Shown: positions 22,612 to 32,928 of the stretch, in pieces | How positions within the stretch are numbered: position 1 is the stretch's first letter | How the letters are laid out: the number at the start of each line of letters is the position of its first letter | NCBI GenBank assembly: GCA_046754105.1 | Contig: JBHHVD010000007.1 | Location: 1-52,063, forward strand | Direction: 5' to 3' | DNA: 52,063 nucleotides | From: Candidatus Krumholzibacteriia bacterium | GTDB lineage: Bacteria; Krumholzibacteriota; Krumholzibacteriia; WVZY01 | Position numbers and translations under genes: made by a program | The notes under the pieces: model-generated | Told to the model about the DNA's origin: nothing | Seen by the model: the letters and a program-made list of their open reading frames with translations, nothing else | Database searches by the model: none

Positions 22612-22642
22612 CGGCGCCCGTGTCGGCGAAGGCGAAGCCGCG

Positions 22643-24196
22643 TCACCGGCCCGGAGACCCGAACTTTTTCACCGCCTCGGGATCGCGCACGTAAGGGCGA
22701 ACATTCTCGGGAAACTCGCGGGGCCGGTAGAACCTCCTGAATTCCGAGCTACGCCAGATCTCGCGGTCGCTTATGAAATAGGCCTTCTTGGCACGCCCCA
22801 ACCCCCCGAACAGAATGACGTCTGGTTGCTGCCGCACAATGTAGTGGCCGTCCCCTACCTGGTGCCCGTAGGCCAGCGTGCGGTCCCGCCTGCCCCGCCG
22901 GGCGATGTACTTGTTGTTCAAGCCCAGCATATCGAGCGTGGGCATTTCCGAAAAATACGGGATGATCCCGGCGGCGTTGAGGGCAACCACCGTCCCGGGA
23001 GGATAGTTTTCCTTCAGGTAAAGCCCCGTTGCATGGCGCCTCGTAAACCCCGAGCGCCACAGGTCGATCTGCTCCCGCACCGGCAGCTGAAAGCTGCCAC
23101 CGATGATCGTCCCGTAGTTGTAATTGGCTACGTGAAAAGTGGTTACGAAGAGCAGCGCCAGGCCGGCGGCCAGCCCGTGCAGCCGGCGGAATCCCAGCGT
23201 CACGGTCAGGTACATAACGGGGAGTACCGGCAGGAACGCCCGGTGACCGACGAGATTATCGCCACCCTGTATCGTTATGTGCACCACGTAGACGATCACC
23301 AGCACGAACAACGGGGTCGCGCGCCGGCCCATGACGGCGCGTTTGTGCGCCGCGAGATAGATGAATGCGAGCACGATGAAAACCTTCGCCTTCATGAAGT
23401 GCATCAAGTACAACAGACCCTGGCCGGCGTTGGCGAAACCGGCGCCGGCCTTGGCATAGTAGGTGTTGGGCAGAAACGACCCGTAGTAGACGCGGGTGGC
23501 AAGCGTCACCGGGGCGATCAGGATCACCATCCACAACAGGCACCGTCCCAGGGAAGCCGTTTCCGATTGCCAGGCGAGAAAAGCGATGACGACCGCCGCC
23601 ACCAGCACGCCCTCCGGGCGCGCGAAGATGGTCAACGCCAGCACGAGCGGCAGGCCGAACGAGCGCAGAGCCCGGTTCGGGGCATCCGCATAGACGAGCC
23701 GCAGCGACAGCAAGACCATACCGGCAAAGAAAACCGTCTCGAGACCGTTGCCCATGTAAAAGGCGAAATCACCGGTGCCCGCCAGCAGCGCCGGGGTGAT
23801 CAACGCGCGCGCCCTGGACAGACCGAGCCGCCTGCCGACCCGGTACGCCATCACCATGACAAAAACGCCGGAAGCCATACTCAATCGGTCGGGCACGGTG
23901 GGCAGCGCTTCGGTGAGGAGTCTTCCGGCCGCGATCAGCGTGATCCACAACACGCTGGTAAAGCCCTGGACTTTCATGCCGTTGAACGTGAGCCCGTTAC
24001 CGCCGAAGAGATTCTTGACGTAGACCAGGTAGATGTAGGTGTCGTCGCACGCAGCGTAGAGCCTGGCGGCATAGAAGGAGGCGGCGGCAAAAATCAACGC
24101 CAGGGCCACGACCACACCGGCCGCCGCGGCGTTGAAGCCACGGCGTTCGCGAGCGGGACTCTCACTTGCGTTGTTGGACGTGTTGATTTCGTGCAT
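22643..24196 (-). CDS. Multi-TM GT-C-like glycosyltransferase (AftB/ArnT-like membrane protein)
   Basis: DDTYIYLVYVKNLFGGNGLTFNG..VQGFTS, GLET, RPEG, YYGSFLPNTYYAK and AGIIPYFS..LDMLGL motifs. Start is 24196 or 24232. Confidence 0.72.
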   Translation of the reverse strand: MHEINTSNNASESPARERRGFNAAAAGVVVALALIFAAASFYAARLYAACDDTYIYLVYVKNLFGGNGLTFNGMKVQGFTSVLWITLIAAGRLLTEALPTVPDRLSMASGVFVMVMAYRVGRRLGLSRARALITPALLAGTGDFAFYMGNGLETVFFAGMVLLSLRLVYADAPNRALRSFGLPLVLALTIFARPEGVLVAAVVIAFLAWQSETASLGRCLLWMVILIAPVTLATRVYYGSFLPNTYYAKAGAGFANAGQGLLYLMHFMKAKVFIVLAFIYLAAHKRAVMGRRATPLFVLVIVYVVHITIQGGDNLVGHRAFLPVLPVMYLTVTLGFRRLHGLAAGLALLFVTTFHVANYNYGTIIGGSFQLPVREQIDLWRSGFTRRHATGLYLKENYPPGTVVALNAAGIIPYFSEMPTLDMLGLNNKYIARRGRRDRTLAYGHQVGDGHYIVRQQPDVILFGGLGRAKKAYFISDREIWRSSEFRRFYRPREFPENVRPYVRDPEAVKKFGSPGR

Positions 24197-24299
24197 GAGC
24201 CGTTTGCCGCGGACGCGCGCGGTTCCAGCCACACTTCCGGAACGCGCACGCTCGACCCCGCCGTGTAACGGGTGCGTTCGGGGTCGGTAGACGCCCGCG

Positions 24300-24328
24300 A
24301 TTCTAACAGAGTCTTACCGGGAGGTCAA
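24300..24328 (-). promoter_or_regulatory. Putative sigma70 promoter of the GT-C gene
   Basis: TTGACC-N17-TAGAAT with an extended TG on the minus strand. Confidence 0.65.
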
Positions 24329-24364
24329 AGAAGCGGCGGAGGTCGAGCCCCAGCCGTTTCCATA

Positions 24365-26350
24365 TCACTTGAGCAGAATCATTTTGCGGGTCCTGGATAT
24401 GCCGCTGGCTCTCAAGCGATAGAAATAGACGCCCGATGAGACCTTTTGCCCGTGATCGTTGTCGCCGGTCCAGGTCTCCGTGTACAGGCCGGGCTCGCGC
24501 GGTCCGCGGTAGAGCACTCGCACGCGTGCGCCGCGCACGTCATAGACCTCCAGGGATACCAGCCCCGCCCGCGCGACCTCGTAGGGGATACGCGTGACCG
24601 GGTTGAACGGGTTGGGGTAGTTCTGGCGGAGCCTGTAGGCCAGGGGTCCCCCCGGACGGTCCCCGATACCCGTTGCGACGAGTACGGGAAACTCGACGTT
24701 TATGATGGTGTCGTTCAGCACCGGGACGGTGCTAAACAGGACGGAGTCCGGAATGCCCGACAGGCTGTCCGGCCGGTAGATCAGGTCATAGGCGGCGGCC
24801 GGGACGATGACCTCGTAGTGGCCGAGGGCGTCGGAGTTGTCACCGGGCGTGAAAACATCGATCATCACCGGCACGACTATGGCGTCCACGTCCACACCGG
24901 AAATGGGTGTCCCGGTCGAATCGGTGACCACACCGGAGATGGACACTCCCGGCCCGACCGTGATTGTGAGCGGCGTGTCCTGGATGAGCGGCACGTTGGG
25001 AAAGCGCAGGGCCACTAGCCGGGTCGCTTTGGGCGGCTCGAACTCGAGATCGTAGATACCGGGCGCGATGACGACGGCGAAGAGACCATCTATGTCGGTG
25101 AGATCACCGGAGAGCGGCACGGGGGCTCCCGTCAGGGTGACGTTGGCGTCGATATCCGCGCCCGGTACGGGAATGCCGCCCAGGGTCTGTACCAGTCCCG
25201 ACAACAGGATGCCGGCCGGCATCGTGATGTCGACCACCGTATCCTGGTTGATCGCTACGCCAAGCGAATCGACCGGTGCCAGCAGGCTGTCGATCGGGGC
25301 CTCGTAGTTGAGATTGTAGGCACCCGGCGGCACGAAGACCTCGTAGTGCCCCAGGGAATCGGTGTCATCGAACGGCGTAAACAGGGGGGCACCCGTCGTG
25401 GGATCAACTACGTCGATGTCCACCGCCAGCACGGGCAGAGCACCCGGGTCGGTGACCGTTCCGGACAGAGACAGCCCGGGCTGCAGCACGAAGTTGACGG
25501 TCGTGTCCGCCGCGAACGGCACGGCGAGCGTTTCGACTCCCAACAGGCGGTCGATCGGCCGCGGTTTTACGCGGACGTCGAAGCTTGCAATGGGCACCAT
25601 CACCTGGTAGAACCCGGTCGAGTCCGTGTTGTCCCCCGGTGTGGTGAGTTTGTTGCCCGCGCCGTCGATGAAATCCAGGTTTGCGCTGAAAACGGGGCTG
25701 CCCACCTGGTCGGTGACCGTTCCCGAGACCGTGATGCCCAGTATCATGGTGATGTCGAACGTCGTATCGCCCTCGATGGTGACGTTGCGAATCTCCACCG
25801 GGATCCAGGGCTGCGCGAACAAGCCGACGGAACGCCACCGCAAGTCGAAGCGCCCCGTCGGTACGATGACGTCGTAGAAGCCGCTCGGGTCGGTGTTGTC
25901 TCCCGGGGTATTGATCTTGAGCCCCGTGCGGCGGTCGGTGACGTTCAAGTCGATATCGAAGATCCCCACGCCGGTCGTGTCTCTCACAATTCCCGACAAG
26001 AGAACCCCGGGATCGAGTTGGGCGTCCACCGTCACGTTGCCGGCGACGACGATGCCCGTCTGCATGGCGGTCAGGAGACGGGCGGCGATCGGCGGCTCGA
26101 AGCCCACACCGTAGGTGCCCGGCGGCAGACCGGGGATACTGTAGAAGCCGAGGGCATTTGTGAACGTGGGCAGGATGCCGATCGGATTGCCCAAATTGTC
26201 GAAGAGAAAGACGCTCACGCTGTCCACGGGCACGGCGGCGGCGTCGGTGACGGTTCCGGATATCGTGAACTGGGCGTTCGCCGGGCACGCTGCCGCCACG
26301 GCGAGGATTAGAGCGATTACAGAGATGCGTATTATCGGGCCATTCGTCAT
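24365..26350 (-). CDS. Secreted protein with six carboxypeptidase-regulatory-like beta-sandwich repeats and a FlgD-Ig/T9SS-type C-terminal domain
   Basis: Signal peptide, ~89-aa repeats (SGTVTD...TPGDNTD..GFY), and a tail LRQNYPNPFNP...SSGVYFYRL. Confidence 0.82.
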   Translation of the reverse strand: MTNGPIIRISVIALILAVAAACPANAQFTISGTVTDAAAVPVDSVSVFLFDNLGNPIGILPTFTNALGFYSIPGLPPGTYGVGFEPPIAARLLTAMQTGIVVAGNVTVDAQLDPGVLLSGIVRDTTGVGIFDIDLNVTDRRTGLKINTPGDNTDPSGFYDVIVPTGRFDLRWRSVGLFAQPWIPVEIRNVTIEGDTTFDITMILGITVSGTVTDQVGSPVFSANLDFIDGAGNKLTTPGDNTDSTGFYQVMVPIASFDVRVKPRPIDRLLGVETLAVPFAADTTVNFVLQPGLSLSGTVTDPGALPVLAVDIDVVDPTTGAPLFTPFDDTDSLGHYEVFVPPGAYNLNYEAPIDSLLAPVDSLGVAINQDTVVDITMPAGILLSGLVQTLGGIPVPGADIDANVTLTGAPVPLSGDLTDIDGLFAVVIAPGIYDLEFEPPKATRLVALRFPNVPLIQDTPLTITVGPGVSISGVVTDSTGTPISGVDVDAIVVPVMIDVFTPGDNSDALGHYEVIVPAAAYDLIYRPDSLSGIPDSVLFSTVPVLNDTIINVEFPVLVATGIGDRPGGPLAYRLRQNYPNPFNPVTRIPYEVARAGLVSLEVYDVRGARVRVLYRGPREPGLYTETWTGDNDHGQKVSSGVYFYRLRASGISRTRKMILLK

Positions 26351-26405
26351 GAGGCTCCCTTTCCTGGCTGGCGATTGTCAGTGCGATCGCCCTTGCCGGA
26401 TCGCC

Positions 26406-28373
26406 CTAGTGAAGAAATACCATCCTCCGGGATGTTGTTCCCTGAGGCGTCGCGAGACGGCAGAAGTACACTCCGCTCGCGACCCGCTGCCCTGTCCGGT
26501 CGGTACCGTTCCATGTGGTGGAGTAGGTATCCGCACCGTGAAATCCGTTCTCCAGCACCGCGACGAGCTGGCCGAGCACGTTGTACACCTTTACCGATGC
26601 CTGCCCGCTCGCGCCGACGTCGTATGGTATCGTCGTCGCGCCACTGAACGGATTGGGATAATTCGGACGAAGAAAGGACGTGATCACCGGCGCCTTCAAC
26701 GTGAAGTCCGCGGTCGTATCCGCCCGTACGCTGACGCCGTTCAAGGTCAGTGGAGCCATGGCCGACCCCGCCGGCGCAGTGATAACAATCGTATACGTGT
26801 CGGGACGGAGCGTGACGTCGACCGTGCCCCGGGCGTCGGTGTTGTCGTGCGGCGTCAGCGCCTTCAGGCCCGTGCCCGCTGGGAAGAAATCGAAGTCCAC
26901 GTCCCGAATCGGCGCCCCGGCGCGGTCCGTTGTGGTCGCCGAGAACAAGACGCCGGGCTGGAGCGCGACGTCGTCCCACACCGTATCCTGTGTCACGGGA
27001 ACGTTGTCGATTCGCAGTGCAACAAAACGGCTGCCGCGCGGCGGGGATACAAAGACGTCGTAGACACCGGTCGGAATGCCGATATCGAAGACACCGGCGG
27101 TATCGGTAGCGTTATTTGGTATAAAGACCGGGCTGCCTGTTGGTTCGCGACCCGCCTCGATCTCGATCCCCACGAGCCCGAGCCCCGACGGATCCGTCAC
27201 TCTTCCCGTGACCCGCACGCGGGGCACCTGCGGCAGCTCGAATACGAACGAGGCGTCTGCGAACAGGGACAGGCCCGGCACCACCAGGCGATCGAACGTC
27301 GTCGCCGGCGGTGGGTCCAGAATCAGCGTGTAGACTCCGGGCAGCACGGACACCGCGGCGGTGCCGTGCAGATTCGTCTTGTCGTTCGGCGTAAAGACCT
27401 TCTCCCCCGTGCTTTCCAGCCGCAGATCGAGATCGACCCCTGGGACGGGGTCCGCGAGCGAGTCCTCTGCGACGACCGTCACCACTACACCCCTCTTGAG
27501 CTGCTGGTCCCACCGCAGATCGGCCGTAATCGAGAAGCTGTCCACCAGGGCGCCGACGAGGTGGCTGCCCGGCGGCGGTGACAATTGCAGTTCGAAGAGT
27601 CCGGTTGGAACGGCGACCAGGTAATCTCCATTCACGTCCGTCTTGTTTTGCGAAACGAAGATCTTCTCGCCGGTACCGATTGTCCTCAGGTCGACGTTGA
27701 TCCCCTGCAAGCCTTGTCCGACGTCGTCAGTAACCCGGCCCGAGAGAAGCACGCCCTGGGTCAGGGCGACGTCGATAATGGTATCCGCTGCAACCGTCAC
27801 CGAGTCCAGCTGCAGCCCCCGCCAGCGCGTGCCGACCGGCGGGTCGAAGCGCACGCGGAACTGCCCGGCCGGTACCACAGCCCGGTAGACGCCCGTAAGG
27901 GGCGCGGAATTGTCGTTCGGTGTGTAGATACGCGGGCCGGATACGCGGTCGAAGTCCAGATCCACGCCGCCGATGGGGGCTCCCGATGCGAGGTCGGTAA
28001 CGGTGCCTCCGACGACCACGCCGAAGTTCAGCGTAACGTCCATTTCCTTGCCCACGTTGCCCGTCAGATCGATGCCGGTGAAACGCTTACCCACGAGCCG
28101 TGTCCCCGGTGGCGGAGCGTAGGTTACGTCGTAGATACCCGGGAGAACGCACACATTATAGAAGCCGAAGAGGTCGGTGTTGTCGCCGGGGGTAATCAAT
28201 TTGGCGCCCGTCGCCGCCTGGAAAAAGTCCAGGTCCCCGCCCACGACCGGGCCCCCCGCGGCGTCGCGAAGGAATCCGGAGAGACAGGGAATGATCACCG
28301 CGTCGGCGGCGAACGCCGGCACGGAGAACAACGTCAGGAGGAATAGGGCGCCAAGGCTGCGGAGCAGAGACAT
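26406..28373 (-). CDS. Secreted paralog with six carboxypeptidase-regulatory-like repeats and a FlgD-Ig/T9SS-type tail
   Basis: Signal peptide (AFA), repeats with TP(G/N/H)DN(T/S), and a tail PNYPNPFSG...ASGVYFCRL. Confidence 0.82.
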   Translation of the reverse strand: MSLLRSLGALFLLTLFSVPAFAADAVIIPCLSGFLRDAAGGPVVGGDLDFFQAATGAKLITPGDNTDLFGFYNVCVLPGIYDVTYAPPPGTRLVGKRFTGIDLTGNVGKEMDVTLNFGVVVGGTVTDLASGAPIGGVDLDFDRVSGPRIYTPNDNSAPLTGVYRAVVPAGQFRVRFDPPVGTRWRGLQLDSVTVAADTIIDVALTQGVLLSGRVTDDVGQGLQGINVDLRTIGTGEKIFVSQNKTDVNGDYLVAVPTGLFELQLSPPPGSHLVGALVDSFSITADLRWDQQLKRGVVVTVVAEDSLADPVPGVDLDLRLESTGEKVFTPNDKTNLHGTAAVSVLPGVYTLILDPPPATTFDRLVVPGLSLFADASFVFELPQVPRVRVTGRVTDPSGLGLVGIEIEAGREPTGSPVFIPNNATDTAGVFDIGIPTGVYDVFVSPPRGSRFVALRIDNVPVTQDTVWDDVALQPGVLFSATTTDRAGAPIRDVDFDFFPAGTGLKALTPHDNTDARGTVDVTLRPDTYTIVITAPAGSAMAPLTLNGVSVRADTTADFTLKAPVITSFLRPNYPNPFSGATTIPYDVGASGQASVKVYNVLGQLVAVLENGFHGADTYSTTWNGTDRTGQRVASGVYFCRLATPQGTTSRRMVFLH

Positions 28374-28392
28374 GGTGGACCGGTGGTTGTCG

Positions 28393-30237
28393 TTAGAAGC
28401 CGAGTCTCACTTCGAATTTATTCAGCCAGGCGTCCTCGCGGCGGGGGTCGAAGGCGGCACCCGGACGGAAAAAACCCGTCGTCCACGTGAGGTCCACGTG
28501 ATCCCACAACTTCGGGCTCGCGGCCACGAGGTCCACACCCCATCCGATTTCGGTGCTGAAGCCGTTGGGAAGCGCCGGTGGAGTCGTGAGGTTGCTTCCG
28601 CGCAGCTTGTTATCCGGCTGGTGCTGCCGGTAGAAATGGTAGATCACTTCGACGGAGCTGTCCTCGACCGGCCGCATCCCCACGCCGGCCGTGAAAACCT
28701 TGAGATTACTCAACTCGGGGTCCAGGAGTTCCCCGTAGTAGCGGACCGTGGTCACGCCACCGAACCGTGCGACGTTGTCCTGGTAACCGGTCTGGCGGAA
28801 GTTCTGACTTGTCTGGTCGGCTCCGGTTTCGTCGCCGGTCGCGATCGCGTAGGCCACCGTCAACGACGGTACGAAAGAGGCGTCCCGGGCGATCAGCGTC
28901 GCCCCGAGGTCGACGGCCCACGCGCTCTGATCCTCTCCCTTGTCCTCTCCACGCAGGATCGCCGCATCCAGCCACGGCCGCAGCACGCGGTTTATTCTCC
29001 CGCGGTAGTTGACACCCACGTAGAGGGGCTCGCGATTGCGCGCGGCGGTGTCGCTGCGCAGCAAAAAATACGCGCCGAGCTGGTTGTGCTTGTCGGGATA
29101 CCACCGGGCCTGGGCGAAGACGTCGGTCCAGGTGCTCAGCTTGTCCTTGAGGGCATCGACGGCATGGATAACGGCGCCTTCCAGCACCAGTTGGTCGGTC
29201 CCGTAGTAGTATGCACGCACCGCGTCCAGGTAATCGTCGAAAATCCACTCTCGCGGCTCGTCGAAATCCTGCCGTCCCACCTGCACTGCGATACCGCTGC
29301 CCCCGATGTTGGGGGCGAGCGCGTAGAGCTCGATGAACTGCGCCTCGAGCTTGTCCGACGTCCGGTTCTGCTCGCTGTTGATGATGTATTTCTTTCGAAA
29401 TCTCGCTCTGGCGTAGGTTCGAAACTCGTCGTGCCAGAAACCGGCCATCTCCAGCCGGACATCCGGCTGCATGTCGTCCTCGTCGGAGAGAAAACTCGGC
29501 GATAGATCGAAGTTGCTTTCCGAGCGGGAGACGTGACGGTATTCCCCGTTCACGAAGATGAACCCGTTTGCCAGCTGAATCCCCTCCGTCAGGCTCATCG
29601 CGCTCGCCGCGGCGACGTCGCCGAACAGCTCGCGCTCTATGAAATGCAGGTAACTGCTCCGGTCGTTCACGTCCGTCTGGTGGTTGAGCAGAATGACGAG
29701 CCCGGATACTTCAATGGTATCCGGAGGGGCCCCGTCGATGTGTACGCCTGTGAGCGTACCCTTGATCTTGTTGCTCTTCTTTATGTTCCGGGTCTTGATT
29801 TTTCTTGCCACCCACTGTCCGTCCCGAACCTTGCAGGCGACCTCGATCTGCTGCCCCACGTGCAAGTCGTCGAAACTAACCACCGCCGTGGTATCGATGA
29901 ACGAGGTCCTGGCCCCGACTTCGATCGCCATACCGTACATGGTCAGGACCCGGTACTCCTTGTCGATTTTCTGGATGGCACCACGGAGCTTCGGCAGCCT
30001 CGGGTTGGCGAGTTCCTCGATATCCGTGGCAACGAAGGTCTCGTTCTTGTCGAAATACCCCTTTATCTCCAGGGTCTTGCCGACGGTCAGCCCCAACTGC
30101 ATGTACTCGGGCTCCACGGCCAGCGCCGCGGCCGGAATCATGTCCAGGAACACACATGCCATTAGTGCGGTAACCGTCAATCCGGCGACGCGCAACGCGA
30201 AGAGTCGTCTAAAGCTGTTTCGAATGTTTCCTCTCAT
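28393..30237 (-). CDS. Alginate-export (AlgE-like) outer-membrane beta-barrel with N-terminal DUF5666-like module
   Basis: Signal peptide, QVGRQDFDEPREWIFDDYLDAVR, FRQTGYQDN, YYGELLDPELSNL (AlgE-like), terminal Phe, and an AGGAGG RBS. Confidence 0.8.
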   Translation of the reverse strand: MRGNIRNSFRRLFALRVAGLTVTALMACVFLDMIPAAALAVEPEYMQLGLTVGKTLEIKGYFDKNETFVATDIEELANPRLPKLRGAIQKIDKEYRVLTMYGMAIEVGARTSFIDTTAVVSFDDLHVGQQIEVACKVRDGQWVARKIKTRNIKKSNKIKGTLTGVHIDGAPPDTIEVSGLVILLNHQTDVNDRSSYLHFIERELFGDVAAASAMSLTEGIQLANGFIFVNGEYRHVSRSESNFDLSPSFLSDEDDMQPDVRLEMAGFWHDEFRTYARARFRKKYIINSEQNRTSDKLEAQFIELYALAPNIGGSGIAVQVGRQDFDEPREWIFDDYLDAVRAYYYGTDQLVLEGAVIHAVDALKDKLSTWTDVFAQARWYPDKHNQLGAYFLLRSDTAARNREPLYVGVNYRGRINRVLRPWLDAAILRGEDKGEDQSAWAVDLGATLIARDASFVPSLTVAYAIATGDETGADQTSQNFRQTGYQDNVARFGGVTTVRYYGELLDPELSNLKVFTAGVGMRPVEDSSVEVIYHFYRQHQPDNKLRGSNLTTPPALPNGFSTEIGWGVDLVAASPKLWDHVDLTWTTGFFRPGAAFDPRREDAWLNKFEVRLGF

Positions 30238-30256
30238 GACAATTCCCTCCTGGTTG

Positions 30257-31558
30257 TCAAGATTGGGTGTTCACACTTGCCATCGTCTTCTCGGCAAGCC
30301 CTGGTGCAAGATGGCGCCAGCGCGGCCTCAGCGCGTAGAGCACGGCGAGGCGCAGCAGCGTCGCAGCCTGCCACCACCTGGCGCGCGCGGCGAAGGCCGC
30401 GTCCCTGGCGCCGTATGATTGCTCGAATGCCTTCATGCCGTTGAGAATGTTCTCCGCGCACTCGGATTCCTGCTCGCTGCGCAGGATGAGGTGCGCGGTG
30501 AAGTTGCCGTAATCCTGCGCGGCGTCTCCCGCAGCCGCGTTGTCGAAATCCACGAGCGTGACCCGGTCCGCTGAATACAAAACCTGCTTGTCGTAGAAAT
30601 CCCGGTGAATGCACACTCTCTCCGCTACGTCCCCCCCGGGCGGGCCGGAGGCGACGGCATCGTACGACTCCTCGAAACACACGGACCACTCCGGAAAAAT
30701 CTTGCCGCCGACGAGAACCCACGACCGCAGCTGCTCGATTTCCCGTTCGACCGGGTAGTCCGGCAGCCCCCGCAGCGGTGCGGCGTGGAGCCTGCGGAGC
30801 GCCTGTGCGGCCGCGTCGCAAGCGACCCCGAAACTCGTCTCCCCGGTCAGGTCGTGCAGCGCCTCTCCGCGGACGAATTCCATGCATTGGATCCCTTTCT
30901 CGGCATCTACCTCCAACAGCCCCGGCACCGTGACCGCCTCGCCGGCCCCAAAGCCGTTCGCGGCGAGCATGGCGGCGGTCCGGGACGAGGCCCTGGCTTT
31001 GCGGGGCTTTAGCATTCTGACGATGACGTTGCGCTCGTCACTCTTCGGAGATCCGGCGGCGCCCAGCGTATCCAGCTCGACACAACGCCGCTCCATGCGG
31101 TACCCCAGCACGCGGCGGCCCTTTACCACCGGCTCGGCGGCTCCGGGCGCGAGCTTGCGATAGCAACTCGCCAGGATCCGCGGCGTACCGGCCTGCGCTC
31201 GCAGTTCGGCGAGGCTTTGCAGCACCGGGTCGAACGGGAAGACCGGCACGATGAGATCCAAACCTTCCACGACGAAGGCGCGCCGGTCCGCCGCCCAGCC
31301 GGGCCGGGTCGCGGACGAGCTCAGCAAGTGTCCGCACAGGATCAGCGTTTCGCCCGCGCAGCCATTTCCCTTCCTCATCTCCATGCGGTACTGTATCGTA
31401 AAGCCGCCATCGGCACGCGGGAACACGCGAGGGACGCGGAACTGCTCCAGTGCCACGGGTGCGCCCCCCACGTGCCCGAGTGCCTTTTCGAAGTGCGGGC
31501 GCATTGCATCCGCATCGGTGGCCGCCTCGAAACGTTTGTAATCCGCATGGATCTTCAT
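30257..31558 (-). CDS. Aminoglycoside phosphotransferase (APH)-family kinase
   Basis: CMEFVRG, LRRLH, CIHRDFYDKQVL and LVDFD..GDAAQDYGNF motifs. ATGA overlap with the upstream gene. Confidence 0.82.
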   Translation of the reverse strand: MKIHADYKRFEAATDADAMRPHFEKALGHVGGAPVALEQFRVPRVFPRADGGFTIQYRMEMRKGNGCAGETLILCGHLLSSSATRPGWAADRRAFVVEGLDLIVPVFPFDPVLQSLAELRAQAGTPRILASCYRKLAPGAAEPVVKGRRVLGYRMERRCVELDTLGAAGSPKSDERNVIVRMLKPRKARASSRTAAMLAANGFGAGEAVTVPGLLEVDAEKGIQCMEFVRGEALHDLTGETSFGVACDAAAQALRRLHAAPLRGLPDYPVEREIEQLRSWVLVGGKIFPEWSVCFEESYDAVASGPPGGDVAERVCIHRDFYDKQVLYSADRVTLVDFDNAAAGDAAQDYGNFTAHLILRSEQESECAENILNGMKAFEQSYGARDAAFAARARWWQAATLLRLAVLYALRPRWRHLAPGLAEKTMASVNTQS

Positions 31559-32925
31559 TTCAGTGCGCTCCAACACTCTTTCAAGATGTTTTCCGTCTTT
31601 GTGCGCCATTCCGGGCGCAGCGATCGAAACGGGCCGACCGACAACTGGAACAGCCCGAGGGCCGTCCAGAATCTCAACCGGTCCGGGTCCAGCCCCCCGG
31701 CCACATCGGAGTAGGCGCCGGCGAATGCGTCCCGCAGCGCCGCCCAGCCCGAGATGCGGCTCTGAAGAGCCAACAACCGCAGATGGGCGCAGAAATTTCC
31801 GACGTCCGCCGTCACATCGCCCGCATACGACCGGTCAAAGTCCAGTATCGCCGGGGAACCGTCCTCATCGATAAGCACCTGGCCATGGTAGAAGTCGCCG
31901 TGAACGAAGCCGATCGCGTGGTCGCTTCCCGGCTGGATCGATTCCAACGCCGCCATCAGTTCGCGTACCTCCGCGCCGGTACCCGGCGCGACGTGGCCAA
32001 GGGTGCCGGCCGTCGACCGCGCATCGTCCATCAGATCCGAAACGGTCCGTGTCGCGAGATCAGCGTCCCCGAACCGGTGCAGCTCCGCCAACGCCTGGGC
32101 TGCACGGGCCACATCGCGCCGCACGCCGGCGTCCGAGAACCGGTCGAGCATCGGCACACCCGGCAGGCCGTCGATCAAGAGCAGGTGCTTGTCGGCAAAA
32201 TACGCCAGCGGCCGCGGCACCTCGACCTGCCCCCGCTGGTGAAACGAGGCGTGGAGTTTTTGCATCAACTCGAACTGCGCCCGGCCACGATCGTCACTGT
32301 ACGACCGCAGGTACACGCATATTCTCTCGCGGTTGCCGCGCTCGCGGTGGGTCGCGCGGGTATCGAACCGGACGACGGCCCGTTTCTCGGGCTTGTAGCG
32401 AACGGTCGTCGCGCGAAGGCGCTTGTCCGAGATCCGCCACTCGTCGCCGGGGTAATCCGTGAGATGCTCGTATAACATCCGTTGCATTTTTTTTGGTGCG
32501 GCGATCAGCCGCAGTCCGTCCAGCTCCCGATCGTTCGGATACGTGTAAATGATCGAGCACAACTCGGGTAGCAGCAACACCGGCTCGACGTCGCATGCCG
32601 TTACCCACTGCTGTGAGTTCGCCTTGCGGGCCGCGTTATCGAAGTCATCAGGCGTGTAGCACTTGCCGTAGAACAACAAGTCGGATGAATCGGGCGCCGC
32701 GCATTTCAACGCATAGGTCACGACACAGCTCGTATCCGGTTTGTAGCGGACGTACGCAATGCTGCATTCGCCTACCGTTCCGTGCGTGTTACCCACGCGA
32801 GGTGCTATAAGCTCTCTGGCTCTTGCCGCATCCAGCAGCGTCGACAAACCGGGCAAGTGCTCGTCCCGCGGGATTTCCCGCGCACTGGTCGACGTGTGAT
32901 GATTGTGATTGTCCGTACCCATCAT
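31555..32925 (-). CDS. Aminoglycoside phosphotransferase (APH)-family kinase
   Basis: VEVPRPLAY, LAELH, FVHGDFYHGQVL and ILDFD..GDVTADVGNF motifs. Confidence 0.85.
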   Translation of the reverse strand: MMGTDNHNHHTSTSAREIPRDEHLPGLSTLLDAARARELIAPRVGNTHGTVGECSIAYVRYKPDTSCVVTYALKCAAPDSSDLLFYGKCYTPDDFDNAARKANSQQWVTACDVEPVLLLPELCSIIYTYPNDRELDGLRLIAAPKKMQRMLYEHLTDYPGDEWRISDKRLRATTVRYKPEKRAVVRFDTRATHRERGNRERICVYLRSYSDDRGRAQFELMQKLHASFHQRGQVEVPRPLAYFADKHLLLIDGLPGVPMLDRFSDAGVRRDVARAAQALAELHRFGDADLATRTVSDLMDDARSTAGTLGHVAPGTGAEVRELMAALESIQPGSDHAIGFVHGDFYHGQVLIDEDGSPAILDFDRSYAGDVTADVGNFCAHLRLLALQSRISGWAALRDAFAGAYSDVAGGLDPDRLRFWTALGLFQLSVGPFRSLRPEWRTKTENILKECWSALK

Positions 32926-32928
32926 GAC

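Noticed and set aside
22643..24196. GT-C gene as part of the sigma-54 operon
   Set aside because: It has its own good sigma70-like promoter (24300-24328) in a larger intergenic gap. A functional link remains possible but is unsupported.
30257..32925. APH genes as antibiotic-resistance determinants
   Set aside because: They are much longer than resistance APHs, are embedded in a GT/ABC/porin operon, and have no mobile-element context.
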